A program made the translations under genes and the position numbers. Positions 24,631 through 36,180 of a DNA stretch of 64,000 bases are shown one piece after another. This DNA comes from Mobula hypostoma (taxonomy: Eukaryota): NCBI RefSeq assembly GCF_963921235.1, contig NC_086108.1, positions 16,926,001 through 16,990,000 of the forward strand, given 5' to 3'. The notes beneath the pieces were generated by a model, which saw only the letters and a list, made by a program, of their open reading frames with translations, was not told where the DNA came from and made no database searches. Positions within the stretch are counted from its first letter, which is position 1, and the number at the start of each line of letters is the position of its first letter.

Positions 24631-27600
24631 GATAGATTAGACAACGGAGTGACCCATTGGGGCACCCTTTGAGAGAAGGGTAGTGCAGTCTGATGTGACC
24701 AGAATGAACATTAAATTTTTCTGAATGCTATTGGTATCGCTTTGCTTTGGAAACTGAAGTAGAAAAACTCAGTTTATTAAAGAAGAACGACGCATAGCAA
24801 AGCAAATACAGCTCTTCCTCGTTTAAGGAAAGACACTTTTGATGGCATCATTTCTGGTTTATCTGCCACCCCCTTTGTGCCTCTCGTATCCTGGTTTATC
24901 AGGGTTCCGCAAAGAAACACAGCCAAATGTTCTAAGTTCAGCATCAACCAACCTTGTTTCACCACAGTAATTTAGCTCTATGATGTTGGCTATAATGAGG
25001 TCAAGAGCAGAGGGGCCCTGGGCAAAGCCAAACAGACCAAGTTGGCAAATTGGTTTTCAGAGAGTAAGTACCACATAATAGCACCATCAACAACATCATC
25101 ACTTTACTAACGATGAATAGTGAACTGATGGAGTAGTTATTAAAAGCAGGACAAATAAAATGCAGTTAATGAGCAATGGACAATGAGCAATTAGTGGAAT
25201 AGCTTTGCTAAATACTTAGGGTGTTTGGCAATCAAACATTCAGTACTGTGGCTGCTATGTCCCATAACAACATCTTTCAACCATTTGTTTATATAATCTG
25301 AAATGAATCAACTTGGCTGAGGACTGGCTTCTGTAACTGTGAGGATTGCTAGAAGAAACCAAGATCACTCTGGACTTCGGCTGAGTACTTCAACAGCACA
25401 CTCTAGTTCCACCATTGAGGATAATGATGTTTATGAATTTACTCCTCCCATTAGCTGCTTAATTGTGTACCAGCATTCATGACTTGACGTGACATGACTG
25501 CCCAGCTGTGATCTGATCTATTGTTTCAGGATAATTGATCTCTGCCTATTAACTGCTGTTTTTGCACTTTAGTTCCAAGTGGCAATTTCAGATGATGTCT
25601 CATTTTCTAGTATACTTACTGTTTTCTCAGCATGCCATTCTGCAGAAATAGGGTTAATACCCTTCTTGACTGTGCAGAACATCCTGGGCTCCCAAGTTGT
25701 TGTGGTGTAGCTTTCTGATACTGCTAATGGTCCAGTGACACATGGATGCCCAGTTTTGAACTGCCAGCAGTGTATTAATTCTCCTCCAGTTAGCACAGTG
25801 GCACTACTACACAACATAATGGAAGGTATCATCAGTGTGAAAGTGAGATTTATTTCCACGAGGTCTACTATTTACATGTTGCCTCGGACAGGCACACTGG
25901 TGAGGATGATGAACAAAGGCTGATTTCTTTCTTTTGAGTTACCCACTACCTGCTAAGTACCTTGTCTAGCAATTATTTCCTTTGTGATTCAGTTAATCTG
26001 GTCAGTGATTGTGCTTCTGTGCGTCTCTTTGTAATGGACTTGGAAAACTTCCACCCAAAATACATTCTGTTTCCCCAGTACTTTCAATACTTCTTCCAAG
26101 TGCTGTTTAACATGGAAGATCACCAAATGAACAATAAGAGAGAGCAGTAACTGATCAGTAGGATAAACCTTCCTTTCCCACATTTACCACAACTGATAGC
26201 CCTAGACTGCAAGGTGTCTAAGTAAAGTTTGAGGAGTCCCGGGGCAACCGCTTCTGGCTTTTATAAAGTTAGCATTACTTCTTGTCAGTGTGTTCACTGA
26301 GGGAAGAGGAAGTGCTGAAAGATTATATTGGAGAAATCTAACATGTTGTTATCTGTAAAGTATGATGACAGACTGTTACTTATCTGAATTGTGGGACACT
26401 TATCCCAATTTGGACAACTTATCCCAGATATCAGGCAGAGTGTGATTGGGCAAACACAACTTCTTTTTCCAGCCTAGCAGAATTTTCTGAATATACAACA
26501 TTGAATTTTGCATACTTTTGTTTCAAAGTAAAATGTTCCCTTCGAAGTTCAACAGTACTGATTTAGTGTTTGATTTATATAGGGAAATTATAATCAGTTA
26601 TAGGTTAAAAAGGCAGCAATCAAATCATGTAAACAAAAGCTGTTTGCATAAACCAGACAAGTTCAAACAGTTATAATCACGCTTTATGTTATATGCACTC
26701 AATTCAACATTGATATTTATCATCTGATCCCTTTGTAGCTGCTCTGAAAACATTGTGAGCCAATTCCACAACATCATAATTTAACACTTTTTCCACAGTT
26801 ATAAGATTTATAAACCTCTCTATGCCACTGGAGAATTATAATGATAGTGTTAGGGATATTCATTAACCAAAGAAAGTGAGATTTGTTTTCACTGTAGTAT
26901 ATGGGAATTTTAAATGATGCTTTGGAGATCTTAGTTCAGGATTGTCTCTCCTTTTGTAATTATAGTTGCATAAATTCCTGCAGAGTTATATACCCCTGCT
27001 AATTCCAAAGTTCAACAGATGAGTGCAGTAAACATGAATAAATTAAACAGTATTTGTCTCAATGGTAGTTTATATCCAACTAAGGATTTTTAATTCATGT
27101 TGAAAAATTTACACCACAGACATGGAGAAACCTAATTATGTATGCAAGTATGAAACTACAAACCATAATCAAGAGTCTGATGTAATAGCACAGCTTGAAC
27201 AGAGTGCAAATGTCAGGAATTTCAGTATGTCAGAGAAGAATAAGGCAGTGGATGGTATTAAAAAATTAAAGAACAAGAATAATTTAAGTGATTAAAGTAT
27301 TAAAACAATAAGGTGTGAAGTGCTGAGCCAAGAGAATTTTTGTTCATATTCTGGTAAACAATGACATGAGAGAGTTCCTCAGTCAACTTAAGATCACAAA
27401 TAGTACCACTGGGGAAAGCATACAAGCAGCATAATCAACAAGAGTCCAGGACTTCAACCTTGGGCAGCAGATGCCATATTATAGCACACCCACAACACAG
27501 TGTTACATGGAGAGTACTTTTCAAGTGCTCCATGGACTTTTCAGAATGTAGTCACCCTGCAGCTAATGATCTTATACATAGAAAAGTAAGAGTTGAATGT

Positions 27601-28089
27601 CAGGCAGCCCAGGAGGATCAGGTAGGAAGTGTAAGAAGCTCATGGATTTGATTCACACTCTCTAACCAGTCTCTCAATAATAGAAAGGGTGAATGTTGTT
27701 CAGTAGAGTACAATCAGGGCAGAATCTATTGAATTCAGCCACATGGGATGGGATAAGTAAAAGGTGTTATGGGAGTCTATGGGTGTTTTCAAAGCCACAA
27801 GTTTGACTCCCTAGTAGCAAGATCAAAGGCGCTATTTAGCAGCAATTGAACACTTGTTTATTTTACTTATTTAGATTAGTGTTTGTTGCTTATCCTAAAC
27901 TACCTTGTCATGTTGTAAGCTGATTTAATAAAACTGCTACAGAGACATTTGGGGCAGGGAATGCTGATCAACAGGGAGCTGTAAGACTTAGATCCAGACA
28001 CAATGAAGGAACATGCAAATTTGCAGAGGAATATGCATGACCAGAGTTCCCTTTTTGGTCTTGTTTAGTTCACTAACCTATTTATTTGT

Positions 28090-28300
28090 CTATTTAGAGA
28101 TATAGCACAGTAACAAGCCCTTCTGTCTCAACGAATCTGTGCTGCTCAATTAAGCTAATAATCTGTACATCTTTGGAATGTGGGAGAAAACTGTCCACCC
28201 AGAGGAAACCCATATGGTGAAAACGTAAAAGCTCCTTACAATCAGTAGCAGAAATTGAATTCAGAGCACTGGCACAGTAAAGCAATGTGCTATTCACTAC
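28090..28300 (-). repeat. V-SINE/HE1-like SINE
   Basis: CTTTGGAATGTGGGAGAAAACTG..CCAGAGGAAACCCA core in reverse; TATTTATTT tail. Confidence 0.7.
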
Positions 28301-28489
28301 TGTCTCCCCGCTCCCCCCAACATGAGTGACTACTATAGCTGACATTTACAGCAGCCACTGTGATACAGTGGTGGTGGCAGGGAATGTTTAGAACGCAGGT
28401 TACTTTGGTTTGGTGCATAGCTTCTTGACTGATGGTGGAAAGACTTGACTATCAGGAGGTGAATTATTCATTGGTTCCTTAAAATTTCA

Positions 28490-29070
28490 TAGCCCGGGGT
28501 GGGGGATGTAATGGGGACAAGCTCCCACTACTTATAAATGCTCCCAATGGTGTATATCAGAAATAGCCTCTGACAACTAAAACAAGCTCCTGGCTTTCAC
28601 GTATGGCTTAGCTACTAAGCTCAATGAAACAGTTTCAACTGACAGGAGAAGTGTCAAAGGCAGGTTACTGGCGCCTTAAAGCCCATTGCTTCTGACAGAT
28701 GGGGATTGTCAACCATGGTTTGTAGTTCATCTAGGAGAAGAAAAGCTCTGATCTCAAACCTCTGCTGCCTTGCGGCTATACCCACTCATGGGGAAGGCTT
28801 CAAGAGTAAACCCTAAGGAAAATCTGGAGCTGGTGTCCCCAAGGCAGTCCTACATTGAGTTCAACGCTAACTGGCAGCTTCTGCGATGCCACTGGTGTCA
28901 AACTGGATTGGTCTTTGCCATTCCTTTTGAGTTATCAGCTGCATGGAGGGGAACCTACTGCATTGGCAACAGCTTGCTCACCATATCATACTGCCCTGGC
29001 TTGCCTGACTTGTATATACAGCTAAGACACAACATACAGGGTCGATTTTGACCAATAGAGGGGCTTGATC
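28490..29070 (+). repeat. Non-coding repeat, probably RTE-derived
   Basis: Similar to 11070-11415; no coding remnants. Confidence 0.45.
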
Positions 29071-29166
29071 ACTCACTGCCTAATATCTAGTCTCTGACCA
29101 TCTCTTGTCATCTCAGTATTAGCACTTGCGCTTGAATAGTTTCTAGACCTTGCTACACACAAGCAT

Positions 29167-29380
29167 CAGGAATTCTGCAGATGCTGGAAATTCAAGCAAC
29201 ATACATCAAAGTTGCTGGTGAACGCAGCAGGCCAAGCAGCATCTATAGGAAGAGGTGCAGTCGACGTTTCAGGCCGAGACCCTTCGTCCTGACGAAGGGT
29301 CTCGGCCTGAAACGTCGACTGCGCCTCTTCCTATAGATGCTGCTAGGCCTGCTGCATTCACCAGCAACTTTGATGTATGT
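29167..29380. mobile_element. Palindromic Penelope-derived insertion with hammerhead motif
   Basis: ~90-bp near-perfect inverted arms centred at ~29289; 13-bp TSD TACACACAAGCAT (29154-29166 / 29381-29393). Confidence 0.9.
29286..29319 (+). ncRNA. Minimal type I hammerhead ribozyme motif
   Basis: GTC-CTGACGA-A-GGGT CTCG GCCT-GAAA-CG-TC-GAC. Confidence 0.75.
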
Positions 29381-30815
29381 TACACACAAGCATGGTCTGT
29401 TTCATTTTCTGAGTTGTGAATGGAAATCCCTAATTCCCTAATTCAGACTTTAAAATTGAAAGAACGTCACCGATGAAGCACTTGAAACGGGCTAGGCATA
29501 AAACACTGGCTTGGGGAACTTCTGCAGTGATGTTTTGGTTGTGTGCTTGGGGTGATTGTCCTCAAATAACTATAACACTTCCTTTGTACAAAATGTGATT
29601 TGAGTTGTTGTAGGTTTTCCCCTGATACCCACCAAATTCAGTTTCACCACAATTCCTTGATTAGTCAAATGCTGCCATGAGGCCAAAGGCTCACAAAGCT
29701 CTGTTGAAGTCTGAAGCAAACTACTTCAAGCAAAATGCAATGGCAATCCGGGCAGTAGTGACACCACTGGTGAGCAAGCGCTGCTGGACACCAGCTTCCA
29801 CTACTTTGTTGTTGTTTGAGAGTGGACTAATTGATAGCCTGAATTGAAATGAACCTGCTTTTATGAATAGGCACACTTTTCATAGTGTTAGTGGGTGTCA
29901 GTATGATAACGATACCAGAATGTCATGGGAACAGAATAAGCTTTTCAACCTTGCAAGATAAGTATGCCATTTTACAAGATAATTGCTGATCTTTGTCAGT
30001 ACCACTTTCCCATCCTATCCCCACTTTCCTTGAATCCTTTGTTATTCAGAAACCAACCTGTTTTAAATAAAATCAATGATTGAGCTTCCACAGTCTGAGA
30101 TAAAGAATTCCCAAGGTCCACCTCTTAGAGCGAACAAAGGAATTTCACCTCATTTTAGTTTTAAATTATTTTGAGACTATGACCCCTAGATCTAGACTCC
30201 ACAGCCCAGAGGAATATTCTCCTCACATCTACCCTGCTGCATCCTCAAATCAATGGAAGAGGTTCTGAGTGAGAAAGACATGTCCAAATCAAACAGATTG
30301 GATTGCAATGGAGGCAAATTCAATATCCTTGCAAATTACAGTTGGGAAGGTTTACACTGCAGCAGCAGGACAATTGGAACCCAATGACAATTTTAGAACA
30401 CTGATTGACGTAACAATACAGAAGAAAGAGCCCTGAAGGGTTTATTTCTCTCCATAGACGCTGCCTCACTGCTGAGTTCCTCCAGCATTTCGAGAACATT
30501 GCTCAAGATTTCCAGCATCTGTTTGGCTCATGGTAGGGGATAATTAAACAAACCTCCAAGCCAGAAGATGGGTTCACAAGGAAACAAAAGCTGAAAAAAA
30601 AGTTTAGCAATGTTTGTAGAGATCGTGTTAGCCTTTAAAAATGAGTTTTTAAAAGCAAAGTGACTTGAGCAAAGTCAATGTGATTTGTTAAGAGAAAGCC
30701 GCAAGTGGCTAATATTTGAAATATTTTTGAGAGGCAATGAGGAGTGTTAGTAAATTAGCAGGGTGTTGGCCTACATGGTTTTTAGCAAAACATTTGACTC
30801 ACTCTTATATATGTG

Positions 30816-31648
30816 TGTAACACGCTGTAAGGTTTCACTGCTAATGTAATGGTCTCCCTGTAATGTTTCACCGCTAATGTAATGGCCTTTATGTAATGTT
30901 TCATTGCTAATGTAACTGTTTCACTGTAGCAGCAATGTTTGGGTTATGACTAGAGATAACGGGGCTTTGGAATGTGTGCTATCCAATGAGAGGGATGTTG
31001 TTCTTTCTTGTGGGTGTGGGAGCAGGGATTTCACAGTCTTTTGTTGGGGAGAGATGGGGAGAGATGAGGAGAGAAGATGCGAATGGAAAGAGTTGGTAGA
31101 CTGCTGGACGGAGTGGACTTGGAACCAAGGATCAGCTACGCTCGGAGGAGGTCGACGGGGAACAAATGAACGAAACCATGAGCTCCAACGTTGTGCATTA
31201 GACTGTTTCATGAGAATGGGCCCTTTTCTTTTTTTGTTTCTTTACTAACCATATAGTCAAATTAAGAATTATAAAGCTCAATCATTTGATCGCATATAGT
31301 CTACTGTTATTCCGTGGTACTGATTTGTAACAGGGAACACATTGCGCAGCAACCACCCAAACAAGATTACTTAAATTTGGCCAGGCCGAGGGCTGTCTTC
31401 CCCTAGATTAAGTCACTAGCCAAACCGAGAGTTACAATTGTGGGGGCTCGTCCAGGATTTGAACCAGGGACTCTTGCACCCGAAGTGAGAATCATACCCC
31501 TATACCAAAAGGGCCCATTCCCATGAAACAGCTGGAGCTCATAGTTGCTACAGAGAAACCATTGCTGCTACAGAGAAACCATTACCTTAGCAATGAAACA
31601 TTACAGGGAGGCCATTACGTTAGCAGTGAAACCTTACAGCGCGTTACA
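30816..31648 (+). mobile_element. Composite LTR / antisense tRNA-Pro / inverted partial LTR element
   Basis: TGTAAC...GTTACA outer termini; 6-bp TSD TATGTG (30810-30815 / 31649-31654); LTR 30816-31436; inserted in a decayed CR1 RT. Confidence 0.88.
31441..31515 (-). pseudogene. tRNA-Pro(CGG) retro-copy including 3' CCA
   Basis: Minus strand TTGGTATAGGGGTATGATTCTCACTTCGGGTGCAAGAGTCCCTGGTTCAAATCCTGGACGAGCCCCCA versus vertebrate tRNA-Pro. Anticodon at 31482-31480; changes mostly at CpG; first ~6 nt replaced by LTR sequence. Confidence 0.9.
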
Positions 31649-32009
31649 TATGTGCTAAACTGATGGGGGCAGCAAAACCCTATGAGATCCAATGAAAATG
31701 ACAAATTAGACAAAAAACATCTGCTCAGTCATCAACAGGAGTTTTCATATCTGGCAGGATCTCTGCAATAGAATTCCACAAAACTCAGTGGTAAACTTCT
31801 TGTTTTTCATAACTTGGACAAATGTAGGCACTGTGACAAAGAAATAGACCTCTGATACCAAAATTGTCAATGTAGCAATATTCACTGAGGAAGATGTTCC
31901 TTGCTACAGGAAAGTACAAAAGTATGGTTATGTGGGCAAATCAAATTCAATATGGAAATGTGCATGTTGGTGAATTTGTGAAGGTTAAACAAGCAAAGAA
32001 ATGCATGAT

Positions 32010-33350
32010 AAATGGTAAACTGGTTTATTATTGTCACATACACTGAGAAACAGTGGAAATATTTGTCTTGCATACCATTCATACAGATAAAATCATTACA
32101 ACAATATAATGAGGAAGTACAGGGTAAAACAATAACAGAGTGCAAAATATAGTGTTACTGTCAGAGAGAAAGTGCAGTGCAGGTAGACAATGAGGTGCAA
32201 GGTCATAATGAGGTAGATTGTGAAATCAAGAGTTCACCTAATCATACTGAGGAACTATTCAATAGTTTTATAGCAGCAGAATAGAAGCTGTCCTTGAGCC
32301 TGCTGCTTGCTATGTGCTTTCATGCTTTTCTAACTTTTGTCCAGTGGTGGGGGAAAAGAGAATATATCTAAGTGGGTGGAGTATTTGATTATGCTGGCTG
32401 CTTTACTAAGGCAGCAAGAAGTGTTGACAGTAAAAATGGAAGGGAGACTAATTTCTGGATGTGCTTAGCTGTATACATAACTCTACAGTTTCTTGTGGTT
32501 ACAGGCAAAACAGTTGCTATACCAAGTTGTGATGCTTCTAAGTACGATACTCTCTATGGTGCATCATTAAAGATTGGTGAGGGACAAAGGGGATGTCAAA
32601 TTTCTTTAGCCTCCTGAACATGTAGAGGCACTATTGAGCTTTCTTACTCCTGATGTTACCATTGCTGGACTAGGATGATGTTCACTCCTAGGAACTTGAA
32701 GCTCTTAACTGCAGCACTATTTATGTAAATAGGAACGGTGTGCAGCACTCCTCTTCCTGAAGTCAATAACCAGTTTTTTTGCTGACAGCGAGGGGAAGGT
32801 TACTATCATTACACCATGCACTAGGCTCTCCATCTCCTTCCAGTTCTCTGACTCAATGTTGTATGAGATAAGGTCCATTATGGTGGTATCATCTGCAAAC
32901 TTGTAGCAGTTTGGAGTGTATACAGGGAGCACAGTAAGGAGCTGAGGACACTGCCTTGTGGAGAACCAATGCTGAGGACAATTATGGTGGAGGTGTTGCA
33001 GCCTATCCTTAACCATTGTAGCCCATTGATTAAGAAGTCAAAGATCCGTATGCAACGGGAGATGTTGAGTCCCAGGACTAGAAATTTGGAAATGATTTTG
33101 CTTGGAATTATAGCACTGAAAAAGGAGCTGTAGTCAATAAACAATTATCTAACATAAATGTCTTCACTGTCCAGATGCTCCAGATACGAGTACAGTGAGA
33201 TGAGATTTGCTGTAGACATGTTTCAGCTGTATGAGAATTGTAACAGGTTGAGGTTGTCGGGGAGGCTGGAATTAATGCATGCCATGACTAGCATCTTGAG
33301 GCACTTCATGATGGTGGATGTCAGAACCTCCAGCAGTAGCCATTAAGGCA
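32010..33350 (-). mobile_element. Decayed Rex1/Babar LINE
   Basis: FIDYSSFFSAIIPSK, GSPQGSVLS, YKFADDTT, KLVIDFRK. Confidence 0.85.
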
Positions 33351-34923
33351 TGAGCAGAGGGACTGTTTAGTGAATGTTCCCAGACTTGACTGTTCAGTGA
33401 TTTGTGCCAAGAAATTACATGAACTGGCAATGCAGGATTTAATATGAAACATTGAGGACTTATTGTGCGAATTTCATCAAATGATTACCTTAACTAGAAT
33501 TTTTAACAGTGTAAAATTCTCCAAACTAGTCACAATTCCAAGTGGACCACATTATAACATCAATTGAATTTTACATCTAACAATACTATAATTTCCAGTG
33601 CAAAACTTCAAGAAATGCAGTTTATAGAACAATTAATGACAGTTGATTCCTATTAAACATCTCAAATAATTTCTATCCCACTTTTTACTCTTGTGTTTAC
33701 CATTACTCCTCTCTTTCATTTCAGATCTCTCATGAAGTAACATTTCTCTAGAGACCAGATGAGCTGATTTCAAGACCTTGATTAATTCCACACTCTCTAA
33801 ACATAATTAGGTGCAGACAGCCAAGGTAAATGATGAAATCAGAATTCATCTGCCAGCACTCTGTGATTCACTATGTTCAAGTATTAGTCTGCTGCCCCAT
33901 TCAATGATATCACAAAGCATCATCATCATCTCAGATGAAGTTTTGAATACATAACCATCATCCACTATATCCTTCCATTATAACCTTATGTGATTATGTT
34001 TTAAATTTCCTCCATGCTCTTCTTAAGAGCAGTGACACTGGTAAAATATAATCCCACTGTGGTTAAATCTTCCAAGAGGCCATTCCTCAACTTTAAGCCT
34101 AGTCAGTAAAAGCTGTGGGCTATTAACTATGGAGAACTCCAGACTAGAACCTCTCCTTATTCTCACCTACCATCAACACAAATACAGTTTCCAAGTTAAT
34201 AAATAATAGCAGCAGAACAAAACAATTATTTTCTCCTCTCTTTAATCCAGAATCTGAAGCCAATTTTTAGATCACAAATGTTGTAGAAAACAGAGTAACA
34301 ATAGAAAATGGAGTAAGAATAAATAGTTCCTACTCATATTAAGAGGTTGTGGCTAGTGAGGTGAATTAACTATACATAATACATATTATGTTGGAAAAAT
34401 GAAATTATCCACTTTGGATAAATATAAACATCAAATATATATATTTTTCAAATGTTAAAATATTGGGAAAGTGTTCACATTCAAAGACAATTAGGAGTCT
34501 TTTACAGACACAATGGGAACTAAGAAGCAGGTATGGAAAGCTATTAGGAAGACCAATTATTACCTTTTATTGTAAAAGATGAGTGAAGATGTACTTTGCC
34601 ACAATTATTAAAAGTCCTGGTGAAACTAGGCCTAAAGAATCATGTATAGTTTTATTTTCCTAACAGTAACACTACCAATCATTTACCATACTTGGTCCTG
34701 CGCTGGCTGGTCTCTCATATGAAGAAAGTTTGAGCAGGCTAGGCCTTGTTTCTTTACAGTTTAAAAGAATGAGAGACACCTCAATGGAACATACAAAATT
34801 CTTAAGACCAGGCTGGGAAGGCTAAAACTAATGTTCACATCCCCAAATAACATTGAGGACTGAAATGAAGAGAAACTGCCTCTCTTGGAAGGTGACTACG
34901 TGGTAGGCTCAACCCCAGAGGGC

Positions 34924-35022
34924 ATGAGTTCTGACGAAAGGTCTCGGCCCGAAACGTCAACTGTACCTCTTCCTGTAGATGCTGACTGACCTGCTGCGTT
35001 CCACCAGCATTTTGTCTGTGTT
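34924..35022 (+). mobile_element. 99-bp Penelope terminal fragment beginning with a hammerhead motif
   Basis: 10-bp TSD CCCAGAGGGC (34914-34923 / 35023-35032); AGTT-CTGACGA-AAGGTCTCGGCCC-GAAA-CG-TC-AACT at 34927-34962. Inserted in a decayed CR1 3' end. Confidence 0.85.
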
Positions 35023-35419
35023 CCCAGAGGGCTTTGTAGTTTGATTCATTGATTTCATTAAAAACTGAGATTGATCATTTTTTGTACATTGGAGCAATTC
35101 AAGGTAAGAGCATGAAAATAGATGAGTAGATCACCCATGATTCTATAAAATTTTGGAATGAGCCCAAAGGGCCAATGTTCCCATATTTTTAAGCATCAGA
35201 TGACATTATCTAATACCAGAAGCTCTGAGGTTCCTACTCTGGTATGCACTAGTTATCTTCATTAGCTGGGATAGTAGAGTAATATATGTGAACACAAGTA
35301 CAAAATATGATTTTTTTTCCAAAGAATTCAATGTTTTAATTTATTGGCCATTGTTCCTTTCAAAGTACATATGATGACTGCAATCTGACAGACAACAAAA
35401 TAACCTATTCATGTATCAG

Positions 35420-36180
35420 TACAGTGGAGAAACAGACCATTCAGTTCACAATGTCAAACTAACTCTATCTGCCTGTGTGTGCCCATTGATCATGTGCCTA
35501 TCTAAATACTGCTATCGACCCGCTTCCACTACTTCCCCTGGTAGCACACTCCGTAAAAAGAACATTCAGACTCAGATTCATTTATTCATCACATGTGCTC
35601 TACATTGAAACAGACAGTGAAATGCGTCATTTACATTAACAAACAACACAACCCAAGGATGTGCTGGGGCAGCCCGCAAGCGTCACCACACATTCCAGCA
35701 CCAACATAGTGTGCCACCCATTTTCACAGAACACACAAGCAACAACAAAACAAGCCCTTACCTCCCTCCCACCCACGCACACACATATGGACAATCTTCT
35801 AATTCCAGAACAGGCCTCCTAAATTTCCCTTAAGCTTTCTCCTATCACGTTAAAGCTACGTTTTCTTATATTTGACATTTCCCACCTGGAGAAGAAGACT
35901 GACTATGTTACCCATCTATGCCTCTCATAATTTTATGTATTTCTGTCAAGTCACCCTTTAGCCTCTGGTGTCCAGAGAAAATAATCCAAGTTTTATCTAA
36001 CCTCACCTTTTACCCAAGCAACATCCTGTTGAACTTCTTCTCCACCCTCTCCAAAGCTTCTACATGCCTCCTGTAATATGGCATCCAGAATCACACAAAA
36101 TACGCCAAATGTGGTTGAACAAAGGTTTTAAAGAACTGCAAAATAACTTTCTGAATTTTATACTCAACTCCTGACTGATG
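35420..36180 (-). mobile_element. Decayed CR1 3' fragment with a short nested repeat (~35565-35820)
   Basis: CR1 3' UTR/RT-end motifs in reverse; nested piece begins ATTCAGACTCAGATTCATTTATT. Confidence 0.6.

Noticed and set aside
24700..24970. Possible host exon in unique-looking sequence
   Set aside because: No frame I checked resembles XPR1 or another protein I recognise.
28596..28640. HDV-like ribozyme (CTCCTG..CTGA-CAGGAG pairing)
   Set aside because: A P2-like helix is present, but I could not assign P1, P3 and P1.1 in the required order.
30832..30935. CRISPR-like repeats
   Set aside because: These are contiguous tandem units without unique spacers, in vertebrate DNA with no cas genes.
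31441..31515. Functional tRNA-Pro gene
   Set aside because: It has an encoded CCA, stem-breaking CpG-type changes, a 1-nt deletion, a replaced 5' acceptor strand, and sits at an LTR PBS.
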